NCBI RefSeq assembly: GCF_964188315.1
Contig: NC_135667.1
Span: forward strand, 16,492,001-16,556,000
DNA from: Podarcis muralis
Taxonomy: Eukaryota
DNA: 64,000 nt
Direction of reading: 5' to 3'
In this document: positions 1 through 11,507 of the stretch, piece by piece
How the letters are laid out: each line of letters opens with the position of its first letter
Numbering within the stretch: the stretch's first letter is position 1
Position numbers and translations under genes: made by a program
Notes under the pieces: model-generated
Told to the model about the DNA's origin: nothing
The model's database searches: none
The model's input: only the letters and a program-made list of their open reading frames with translations

Positions 1-1425
1 CTGGCGCCTTTACGGTGAGTCCTGCCTCTAGCATCATAGGGCTGATGAAATGCGGGGAGAGAGAAGGTTTATTTAAGGCAACTCCTTCTCATCTCCTACA
101 GGGGGTTCTCTGCATTAGAGTATCCCAAAATTGTTATTATAAACTGGAAATAAATCCTCTTCATCTGTCAGATTCTCAATTTCCAAACTCTAAGGCTTTT
201 CCCCTTGTTTATGGTTATTGAAAACTTAATAAAAATAGCTTTTCAGGATTCTGTGTTGTTCTGCAACAGCAATAGAGTATCATAATATAATTTCTCAGTT
301 ATTCTGTAGCATATCTCTGCAGCCTCCAGAATGTGTCCTACCTCCATCCACTGCAAGTCATACTCTGTTTCGTCTCTCTCTGTCACAGCATGAATATCAA
401 GGCCACACCGATTATATCCACTGCCTGGCCCTTCGAGACCAGCTCAGAGAGTGCCTGTCAGGGAGTGAGGATGGCACCGTGCGCCTTTGGGGTGAGGATC
501 TGCAGCCTCCTTGCCGCCTGCTGTTTCTCTGAGAGATCATCTCCCCATATAATCCCTGCCCCGTGCTTTAAAATCAGTTGGGCAGATCTCATCTGCATGC
601 CCCATCTCTGAAGGAAGCCAAATCTGAACCCTGTCAGGGTAGGGCCTTCTCAGTGGTGGTGACCCCGCAGTCCTGAAACAGGCATCTTGGTTACTTATGT
701 TCGCTGATTTGAATATGACTCGGGCAACATCCACACCATACATTTAAAGCGCTATGATACCTTTAACAGATATAAAAAACCCTGTGAACTGTAGTTGGTC
801 AACAGTGCAGGAAACTGTAGCAATGTGAAGTCAGCACTCTGAGCAAACTGCAGTTTGCAGGATTCTCCATGACTGTTAAAAGTGGTATCATCCTGCTTTA
901 AATGTATGCTGTGGATGTAACCCATCTTTGGGTATCAATCTGTGCCTTTTAAACTTCTGTGCTCTGTTATATGGCTAATGGTCGTAAGGTTGTTTGTTTT
1001 AACTTCTGGATTATATCTTGGATTCCATATTTGTTTGCTCTTAGAAGTTTCTTGAAAAGCAGGGCGGGTGTCACTTATTTAAAGCTGATTCAGAGGATAT
1101 CTTCAGAATGTTTGGGAACGAGCCAATGCCAAAGGGATCCCACTGCTCCATTTTCTTCCAATCTCTTTAGATGATCAGTTGCTGACACCCCCCTTGGCTT
1201 GTGTTCTAGGACTGGGATGGTGTATATGCAACACAGGAAGCTGCCTATATTGAGCCCTGTGGTCCATCTAGCAACATGTTGTCTATGGTTAATGGCAGTG
1301 GCTCTGTGGGGTTTCAGGTTGGGTCCCTCCCATCCCTTACTGGAAATGATGAGGATTGAACCTGGGTCTTACTGAATGCAAACAGATTGTCTGCCACTGA
1401 GCTACAGTTGACTAGACAAACCATG

Positions 1426-1460
<35 letters not shown>

Positions 1461-4400
1461 CAGATTTACGTACTGGAGGTCAGGTTCAATCAATTGAAGT
1501 ACATAAATATGAGGTAACGTAATCATCATCAACAACATCTATATTTTTAATGTAAGAAGGCATCAAACAATAATCTTAAAGGAAAACAAACAAGAAAAGA
1601 TTAGTCAGTTATAATAAAGCAAAATTAAGTATATGACTGGATATTTTCCTGAGGTTTGTCATCCCAAAACATCATGAATAAACTCTGTTGTTCCATAGAT
1701 TAGGTGGACTGTTGTTATTTATGCATTGTCCTGTAATATGTCAGTTTAGATAATGGAGCTATTATATTCCACGTTTTATGAAACCACTCACATAAATAGT
1801 GGTCTAATTGACCACTATACTGATCTTAGCAGCAATGAAAAAGATTAATAGCCCATTTTCAAATCACCATCCAGGATTAAACCCTTTTAGATAACCTTAT
1901 GAGGTATTGCGGTTTTATCCCATTTCCCTCTGCCCCAGGGAACACCGTGCCTTCCTATCCCTCCCCATTCTTCCATTGTCCATCTATCCAGAAATTTTAA
2001 AAATAATTTACACAAGTAGAGAAAAATATGCAAACTAAGCTGCTGTTATTATCAAAGTGTTTGCAACTCCTCAAAACAACAACCCCTAATAAAAACTAGG
2101 AACCTATATCAACACGAGACAACCTCACACTTGCGATCTCATATTTTATTGAAGAAAAACCTTTGAGGCAATGGAGCCCTTACTCATTTCCGATAACCAG
2201 CATCACCACTTAACCATTGCTTCCTTTGGCCACCTTCCCCTAATGCTCCCCTCAACTCCCTTAGGAATGCAACAGGCCGCAGAACGGGAAGTGGATCCGT
2301 TGCCTGGCAACCGAGTCCGACTGGATGGTGAGTTCATTGACTCTTGGCTGCAGAAAGAAAACAGCTTAAATATCCCAAGATGTATTGAGCTGGGGTGCAG
2401 CAGTCTGGGAGGGAAGGAGGAGGTTGTTCACTGAGCCTTGCTGTTCTCGGATGTCGCTTGGGACGTCCAGAGACGTTGGCTTCCCCTTTCTTTGGAGCTC
2501 CCTGTTCTGCCCATATTTTCTGAGACTGGCCTTGGAAGCAAGGGGGGCTGCTGACATTTGCACTGGACAAGTGTTTGGTGTACTGGGTGAGCAAAACTGC
2601 TCTTGCAGAGAGCTTTTGTAATCGGCAGGTTGTGGGTTCCCTAAGGCAGCCGTCTTCCACTTTTTCAGATCTGGGACGCCCCTTTAACATGCATTTGAGG
2701 GACCCATTTATTAATCTTTCCCTTAGGTTTGCATGGTGGCTGCACCTTAGACCAGTCCCTGGCCCTAGTATGGAGGGCCCTGACTTCCCAGTTTAAGATC
2801 CCTCCCCTCAGGTGTCCAACCTTTTTGCTGTTTCTCCTTCCACAGGTGTGTGGTGGAGGCCCAGCGCTCACTCTGTGGCACCTGCGGTCCGTCACACCTA
2901 CCACGATATTCCCCGTGCCCCAGTGTCAGCAACAAGTCATGTTCTACCAGGACTTGGTGAGTCATTCTCCCTGGGGGTTGGGGGACACATAGCCTCCCGT
3001 CTGGCTGGCTTCCTCATTCCCTTGATTCCTGCATTTCTTCCCCCTGCTCCTTTGTTGTTATTCCTTCATCCAACCAGTCTTACTTCCCCTTCCTTTGCTC
3101 TTCCCTTTTGCGCCAAATTTTTTATTCTTCATAAAAATGGTTTCATTGCCACCCGCCATAGCTGTCAGCTTTCAGATTTGAAAATAAGGGATCAGAATCC
3201 TCGAAAATAAGGGACCAGCAGCCTCAGCTGTCCCGGGGACAGTCTACGGGATATCTAACAATCCGGGATAGCAGCGGGAAATGGCTCTGGAATAAGGGAA
3301 TTTCCTGCAAAAAAAGGGAAGGTTGACAGCTATTCAACCCGCCCTTTCACCCAGCACCCTGTTTCCCCGCCCTGATGATCTGTCTTCCGCAGATTCTCTC
3401 GGCTGGCCACAGCCCCACCATTAACCATTTACAGATCAGTGGGGAAGTGAAGGCTCAAATCCCTTGCATCCCACGTTGCATCCACTCTCTTTCCATCAAC
3501 GAACACTCGCCAGAGCACAAGGTAAGCTCCTGGGCGGCAGGAGGGAGGTAGGAGGGTGTCTGGCCTGCAAAGGGAGGCGGCTGGAATTCTGCTTGGAAGG
3601 GGCAGGGCTTAGCTTTGGCAAGTAGGACTGTGGACGTGGGGGAGGGGGCTGAAATAAGAATGTGCCAAGCTTCCAAGGAGCAAGGGGGGCTTGGTGAATG
3701 AGAGGTGGGTTGTCACTTGGGGTTGGACCTGCAGAAGTAGTGAATTTGGGCTTCAGTTTGTAGAAACCCAGAGGTCTGGACCGCCAAATGGCGAGTTTGT
3801 GGGACCCTCGCCCCCGGTAAATTAAAACAACTATATCCCTATAAAGTGGGAATCTCAAGGCAGCCGACAAACCAAATTTAAAACACAGCTATGAGTAAAT
3901 GGCAAATTATCTTGGGAAAAGTATGCAAAAAAAAATATATCAAACCTGAAGCGATATCTGTGGCACAGAAATGAAAACCACACTGGAGAACCATACAATA
4001 ATAAGGGGGTGGGCCATAGGCCCATTGAACCTAGGAGGTTGAACGGAGGTGTTGAAATAGCAACAGAAAGGGAGTCATATGTGCTCCATAAGAGAGGGAG
4101 TTCTCCAGTCTGGGTGCCACAACCCAGAAGGCCCTGCCCTGCATACTTGCCAGTTCTGCGTTCCTCAGCCTCCATCAGAGATCTGACTGGGGGTAGGCAG
4201 AGACATGTGGGAGAAGATGGTCTTTTACTAGGACTGGGGTGGGGGGTAGGAACATTTTGCAATCCAGGGGTCCCTTCTAAGCAACATTCGGAGGGTCATA
4301 TGCAGGGGCAGGACTAGAGACAAAAAGTTGGGGTGGGGGGCAAGGAATGTAAACCTTACCTTAGTACCCTAGGCTAGTTCCTACACGCACTCACACTCCC

Positions 4401-4889
4401 CTCCAGGCAAACGAGGCATTGTCAGAATTCCCAGCCAGGCAATAAAATAAAATAAAACAAATCACTCAGGGAAGGGTGCAAAGCCTTGGGTGAGGGCCTG
4501 GCCTGGGAAGGAGGTGTGTGACTGGAGAAGGAATGTGGCCCAGGGAGAATCCCAAGGATCAGAGACCTGGAGGACTGGATGTGGTCCCTGGCCCTGAGGT
4601 TCCCCAGCCCTGGGCTTGAGTACTTGGTTTTCTGCTGGGCAGAACAATGGTTTTGTTTCCGTGGCTGGTGATGGTGGGGAGCAAAGCAAGAGAGAAGGGG
4701 TGGGCAAGGTTACAAGCAGAGCGGGTGGGGCAGTGGGTGGGCCTTCCGCTGCCCCATACCTGATAAACCTCTTCCCTCTCATCTTCCCTTCCTCTTCGCC
4801 TTCAGGTGCTGACAGCTGCCGGAAGCAGCCACCGCATCGACGTCTTCACCAACTTTGGTTACCGGGCCTTTTCCCTCACCTTCTCTTAA
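1..4889 (+). CDS. THOC6: THO complex subunit 6 (WD40), 3' part of gene; 5' exons lie before the window
   Basis: In-phase GT-AG exons at <1-14, 389-491, 1464-1513, 2265-2327, 2846-2956, 3393-3521 and 4806-4889 (TAA). They translate to ...[21 protein letters not shown]...[68 protein letters not shown]...FYQDL/ILSAG...[30 protein letters not shown], closely matching the recalled human THOC6 C-terminal half. Confidence 0.97.
1427..1457. repeat. (CT)n microsatellite forming the polypyrimidine tract of a THOC6 acceptor
   Basis: The CT run ends 6 nt before the 1464 exon start. Confidence 0.9.
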
Positions 4890-5833
4890 GGCTCAGGCGA
4901 TTCCGTTTCCATAAACTGGTGCTGTTCAAGGAGTGCCTGGGCAGGACAGGCAGCCCCACTCGATAGGCTGCTGCGTTCAGGGATGGGTGAGCCACAGCTA
5001 GCTGGACTGTCAGTTGGGAAAAGGAGGCTCTTCACTAAGGAAAAAGAAACCCCTGGACCTGCTTGGGCATGAACTTCATGGGTTTTAAAGTTGGGGGGGG
5101 GAATGAAAGGAATTGGGAACTGTGTTTATTGTAACTAGCAACCCCCAATTCCACAGTCAGGATAAACCTTACATCACAGGCAAGAAGCTGTTAAATCTAT
5201 TTCGAGTTAAATGCATTAAAACAATTTTTTTAAGACTGAAATATGGATGCCCTCAGAATGTTTGTTGCTATGTCTTTGTCCTATCCTTCATTTGAGGAAG
5301 CATACGGAGTTCCCTTCTTGTTCTCTCAAAAATCTTGTGTAAGGTAGGTGAATCCAAGAGGCAATGGCTGACACAATGTTCAGCTTTGTGGCAGAACTTG
5401 AACTTGGGTCTCTCCAGTCCAGCACTCAAGCCTGGAGACAGGGATTCAAGGGCCCTCTAGTCAGGTGGACTACAACTCCCATCATCCTTGACCATTGGCA
5501 GTGCTGGCCTGGAGTGCTGGAAGTTTTAGTCCCACAGCATATGGAAGGCTATCGGTTCCTCATCCTGGCGAGCCATCACACCACAGTGACTCATACGGAG
5601 CTGATGGGAGAAGGTGGGCAAAAATGTCAAGGAGCAGTTCAGATGTCCTCTCTGTTTGACATCCTTCTGTGATCTTTCATCTGACTTTGCCCAAATGCTA
5701 TTCAGTTTGTTACCTCTGTGGTCATGAGGCCTGGAATCTGGAATTGTAGGAAAGCTATGGCAGAATGGCCAGTTCCATGCTGCGTGGACCAATGCTTTTC
5801 TGGATTTCTAGTCCTTCACACAGGACTCGGCCT

Positions 5834-8800
5834 TTACGCTTCGGATATCTCCACCTCCTCATACATATGCTCCTCCTGCATCCTCTTCAGCTCCTTCAGA
5901 TCTTCCCGGTGATTTTCTTTAAACTCCCGGAGAGCCGCCATCTTCTCAAACTCTCCAGTGGCACAGTGGTCCTGCCGTTCAGGATCCGGCAGAAGGTATC
6001 CCACAGGATCGCCCAGCATCGCTTCGACCTCACGGCACAGGACCTCCAAGGCCAGGGGGCCATAGGTGGAGCTGCTGGATTTGTAGCGCCTGCTGAAGAG
6101 GTTGACGGGCCGCAGGAAGTAGTGCGGGAGGTTTCTCTTTGCGAGGGTGTGGCGTAGGAGCCTCAGGAGGGCTTCCAGGGAGGACAGTAGAGTCTCCCAC
6201 TGTTCCTTCTGCGGGTAGATTTCACAGCACCACAGCAAAATGGTCTGCAAGGGGAAGAGAGGAGGGAAATGTTAGGTCTTTGTGGCTCTTACGAGGTTCA
6301 ACAGCATGGGCAGCATCATATTGCTGACTCCTTGGCTACATTTTCCTCCATTTTGACTAGGAGCAAATAATAGGGCCTTGATATCAGGTTCCAAGTGTGT
6401 GAAAGAGGCCCCTGAGGGGATGGTAAACACTGGCCTGGCGACAGATAGCACTGCTTGCATTTCGGTTATTTTACCTCACCAGTCGGTGCAGCATTTAATT
6501 AGGAGGTTCACCTTGAGATGGTAGGAAGTCAAGATTTTGCCGTACTCTGGCGTCCATTTTGTCACGTTGACAAACTTAAGCAGTCTCAAAGCTGCCGCCC
6601 TCTGCCCGCCATCAGCGTCAACGTCCTCAAGAATCACAGTCTCGGCATGGCTGAAAGAGAGCCTGGGCCCAGAGAGAGATTGGCTCCATTAGAACACAGT
6701 GCTTATGGAAAAGAAAACAGTTCCTTAGTTGGATGAACTCTTAATAGCCCTCTTGGCTCCTATTGTTACTGCAGGAGGCAGAAATGAGATGGTATTAAAA
6801 AGAAAGGTTTGATATTTCAGTGGAAGCTTAACATATCTTGCCTTAAGATAAAAGGCCTTTTTTTGGCGGAGGGAAACCCCTTTGATTAAACTTCAGAAAT
6901 AAAAATTGAGCCAAAAGGTCAACTTTTGACTACTGAAAAAGTTGCCTGTTTCTGAATGCATGCCAAGCGCTGCTTTCCCACCAGAGAGTAACCTTTTGCT
7001 CCCTCCCGGCTGCTAAGTTTGTTTACTTTTTTTTACCTCCAAAATCCTCCCTTGGCTATCAGCTCTGGTCCAACTTCCTGAACGACGGCTGCTTTCCGGA
7101 GAAAGCTTTTCTTTTCGTTGGCCAGGTCCCCATCCCACCAGTCGGAAAGGTGGGCCAGGTCTTCTCTCAGCCACTGGTTGGAGAGCTTGAAGGCTCCCTG
7201 GATGGCAGGGACCAGCTTCACTGGGACAGTTTCAGTCCCTTCAAGGAAAACCAACTGGATGGCAGGACTCTCCAAATTCAGGGCCTCCAGTGTGATGTTC
7301 TCTGCATAGGGCACAGACAAAGCATGATTGCCCCCAGGAATCAAGGGGAAGGAACAATAAAGTTACTACATTTTTCATTTCTTCAATGCCTTTCTTGAGG
7401 GTTGTGGGAATACCTGCAGCAGTGTGCAGCCTATAAATCTTAATGGTAAACCAGTCATGGCATTGCAACAGTAATAGAAACAAGCAAACAAATAATAGCA
7501 AGGCAGTCCTGTTACTCTCCCAAGAATCTAAGAGGCTAGGTGATCAGAAATATTTTTATTTAAGTATAAAGTCTCCATTATACAGAAGGATAGGTGGCAG
7601 ATCTGTGATCTGGTTACCTGCCTCCGCTCCAGAAGAAGTCAGATTCTGTCCACAGCGCTCTTCCAATGCAATTTTAAAATCTATTCATATCTGACCGGTT
7701 AATTATTAAAGGAAGGTGTTGGCAAGGACAGTGCTCACTCTGATGTTTTTACATTTGAGGGAATCTGCAATAAACATATGTCTCAAAAATAGACTCACGT
7801 CTCATCGAGTTGTCTATCTTGGGTACACGGGAACGGAAGAGTTTTTGCCGGAAAACAGGATCTAATGGTCAAGGGGGAAATTCAAGGAATGCTGCTAAGT
7901 TCAATTATATATTTGGAAATAAGCAACCATAGGCCAAATCCAACCCCCCCCTTGCAAACGGCTTCTCCCAATGGGAAAATAATTTCTACATGTTTTTGGA
8001 CTTACCATTTTGCCGGGGATGGGTGCACTCTGGGAAGGAAGGAAAGAAAAGTTCGAGAACATGAGTTAATGGAGAATTGCAAATGGCCTGACATTCAGGC
8101 TCCCAAACCCCTACTCCATTGTTTCCTAAAAAGGATTGTTCTGCTTTGAATTACATGACAAGTGGAAATTCATTATAACGGGTGCAGCTTTTCTCAGCGT
8201 GGTGATATGATATTAAGCCTGTTGAATTTCCTCCTGTTGCATAAATATAGGCTACGTGTTCAGAACAAAGGCGGCAACCTGAATTTCTTTAGGATGGCTG
8301 CCAGGTCTCCTTAGAGGAAAAGCACCTGGAAGTCCAGGTATCTGAGGAATCGGATTGTGAGGTTTACAGAATAGCATGCTATAACGGGGGGAGGGTGTGT
8401 GTGTGTCTAACTCGCAAGTTTGGGAGTTCAATTTGTCCCTCCCTCAAGCAACCCTCAGACCAAAGGAAATGTTAGCACGCCACCTGCACTGACATGGCTG
8501 TACCTGGGTCCAAAGTGATTTCTATATGTCGGTGAAAGTCCTCCAAGATTTGGACAGGGTCCAGGTGGTGGTGACTGAGGCTTTCCTAGACGAAGAGAAA
8601 ACAAAGCGGGTCACTGGATTTTGCATCCTCTTGTGTTGGAGAAAGGAAAGCTGAGCTGGGGCTAAAAAGGTAAAGGTAAAGGTACCCCTGCCCATACGGG
8701 CCAGTCTTGACAGACTCTGGGGTTGTGTGCTCATCTCACTCAAGAGGCCGGGGGCCAGCGCTGTCCGAAGACACTTCCGGGTCACGTGGCCAGCGTGACG

Positions 8801-10041
8801 AAGCTGCATCTGGCAAGCCAGCGCAGCACACGGAACGCCGTTTACCTTCCCGCTGGTAAGCAGTCCCTATTTATCTACTTGCACCCGGGGGTGCTTTCGA
8901 ACTGCTAGGCTGGCAGGCGCTGGGACTGAGCAACGGGAGCACACCCCGCCGCGGGGATTTGAACCGCCGACCTTTCGATCAGCAAGTCCTAGGCGCTGAG
9001 GCTTTTATCCACTACACCAGTGTAAAACCCACACTCCCTGGCTGTGCTCACGCCAGCATAAATCACAACCTCAGACTACACCAGCCTAACTTTAGCTAGC
9101 ATCGTTTAAGACAGTGGAATTTTTACCAGCTTCCCATAGCTTGGATTGTTCTGCCCGTCTCTAGGTGGTATCACAGTATAAAAGGTACAATACAAATAAA
9201 TCAAGTTAAACAATCAAATCAGAAAACTGACTTAAAATGTGCGCTGAACATTCAGGTATCAGAAGTTCCACCAAGTTAATTATACCTGTATGATGGTAGT
9301 TCTAGTTCATATTGATATTCAGGAGGATTTTTCTTAATTGTTTTGTACCACTTCAAAATATTTATTTTTAGTTCTCTTTTTTGTGTGTATTTGTGTGTGA
9401 TACTTTTATAACTTTCCTAAACTGCTTTAAAGACTTTTTTGAAGTATTAAGTGGTATATAAACTACTTCTTCATCACCATCATCAGAATAACAATGGTGA
9501 TGATGCTGTCGAAATCTACCTTGCACTCATCTAAGAAATCCAGGTCTTCCTCGTCGTCCTCGTCCGCCAGGCGCTCCGCTTGCCGGTGGCAGTGGACTTC
9601 CACGTACATCTCCCCGAAAGCCTCGAGGTCCACAAGGACTTTGGTGCCCCAGCGAAGCACGGGCAGCCCTTGCTCGCGGAAAATGTAGGTGGGCAGCTTC
9701 TTTTCATAGCTGCCAGGCTCCTTGGCGATGCCCCCACTTGCGAGCGCCAGCTTGGGGTTATACCTCGCGGGGATGAGGAAGTCGAAACCGTTGGAACTCC
9801 CCTCCACTTGAAGGTGCAGCCCTTCCCTGTGGCTGCCGACCGGGATGGGGTCGTTGGGGTACAGCCCGGTGCTGGATTCATAGGCCCATTTTACCATCTT
9901 CTCCACCATGCTTTTTACCACGAAGAAATTCTTCCCGACCCTCCAGCCTTTCTCCCCGGACAGGAAGACCCTGTCGGCGTAGAACTGCTGCAGGATCGCC
10001 TCTCGCTGGCCGGGAGGATCCCCCTCCCCGCTCATTGCCAT
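5834..10041 (-). CDS. Mab-21 domain / cGAS-like nucleotidyltransferase-fold protein (MAB21L3-like paralog), ~497 aa, 6 coding exons
   Basis: Exons at 10041-9520, 8585-8504, 7861-7799, 7301-7037, 6662-6512 and 6244-5834, all AG/GT bounded and phase-compatible (0,1,1,2,0). ATG is in a strong Kozak context (TCCACCATGG). Motifs: VGSHREGL...NGFDFLIP (NTase GS..xFD), LDPVQILEDF, ESPAIQL, VKLVPAI, WRLSFSHAE, DVDADGG, TSYHLKTILLWCCE..P...W and LPHYFLRPVNLF, the Mab-21 C-lobe signature. Confidence 0.92.
8666..9018 (-). mobile_element. Sauria SINE in intron 1 of the Mab-21-like gene
   Basis: tRNA-like head with B-box, Sauria core and (ACCTTT)n tail. Confidence 0.9.
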
Positions 10042-10659
10042 GGTGGATCCCTCTGAAATCCTCCTCCTGCTGCCTGCCTCTCCTCCCTTCTCAGCTTTCA
10101 CTTTCCCTTCCTGCCGAGGTCTGTTCATTCACAGAGACTTTTGCTCCTGGCTGTGTCAGAGATGGGAAGGGGGTGGGACGCAAAAACCAGCTTTTAAACT
10201 TTCCTGCAAAGTGAAAGTGAACAGAGTTTTCCCCTCCTCCTCCTCCTCTTCCCCTGATAAACATTTTACGCAGATATTATTAGCCGAGCCAAACCATAAA
10301 CTGTGCTGGGCGCTCCCACTCATTTTCCTTCCTGGGAGGGGAAATGACAAGTGGGAAGAGTTAGAAGCCACACCAGAATTTCCTGGCTGGAAGCAATTCT
10401 CTAACATAGGAACCAGGCACCATGCCAGTGGATTTTCTACCCATTTTGCTGCCTGAGGTGACAGATGAGTTGATTCTTTCCCTCTTCCCTTTCCCTGGCC
10501 CATTCCAGACTGGCAAGGGGGCAGCATGCCTGAAGGCAGCAGGCCCAGCTTAGGGGGCAGAGGGCAGGTTGTGTGGCACACAACAGCTCCGTCATCATTC
10601 TGCCCCCCCCCCCATCGCCCACGGAGGGCTGGTTCCCTCATGGCAAGATGTGAAGTCAC

Positions 10660-11076
10660 AGGGAACCAGGCAGAGGGCCTTCTTGGTAGTTGCTCCTGCC
10701 CTGTGGGACGCCTTCCCAGCAGATGTCAAAGATCTGGAAGTGGGGGGCAGGGGATGTTCCTGCTGCAGGCATGGAACACTGCACCCCCCTCACAAAATGG
10801 GAGGAGAAACCCACCCGTGGCTGCCTGGCAAGTGAGACACTTTTTTTGCCCCTTGCCCTCATCCCACCTGGGCTTTGGTCTTCCCTGTCAGTCATGTTCA
10901 GTTACCTCCCCCCCCCCCCCATGAGCTTGGAGATGCTCCTTCAGGTATATGGGGCCGAGGCTGTTTAGGGCTTCAAAGTTCAACACCAACACTTGAGATT
11001 GTGCTTGGAAACGTACCGGGAGCCAATGGAGATCTTTGAGGACTGGTGTAATATGAAACACGAACCATCCTAGCAA
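10660..11076. mobile_element. L2-clade fragments upstream of the Mab-21-like gene
   Basis: HITPVLKDLHWLPVRFQAQ...ALNSLGPIYLKE on minus (10888-11076), plus an L2 3'-end-like segment at 10660-10740. Confidence 0.7.
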
Positions 11077-11507
11077 ATTCAGACTTTAAGTAAAACTGTT
11101 AAAACAAAGGACACATTCTATAAGAGCTGGCAATGCTTTATTGTGTACGTAGCTGATAAGGAACATGACTGGCAACCGCTACCAATGCATGGACACAATG
11201 GGATGAGACGAAAAACAGGGGCCGTTATTTACCACAATATGCTCCATAATGGATAGGATACTAATGTTGAATAATATGGTCCTGTTATAAGAAGGGAGAA
11301 ATACCATATGTATTGTGGTGCCTCCCTTTCCTTCTTCCTTTTTGGTTGATGTGTTCTACACATTTATATAGATAGATAAAGCATGAACCTCCCTGCCACT
11401 TCACTTCCAAATCTCTTGACTTCCAGCTTTACCTTCTCCCATAATCCCTCGGCTGCTTTTATTGATACCCAAGGAGACGTTGAAGGCAGATGGATCAGAG
11501 TTCTGTC

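Noticed and set aside
10108-10124. A 15-nt match (CCTGCCGAGGTCTGT) between the Mab-21-like 5' region and ~55705-55720 in inverted orientation
   Set aside because: Too short and isolated; consistent with chance.
10042-10128. Upstream in-frame ATG extending the Mab-21-like protein by 29 aa
   Set aside because: The ATG at 10041 has a near-perfect Kozak context and the extension is low-complexity. It is not excluded, but not preferred.
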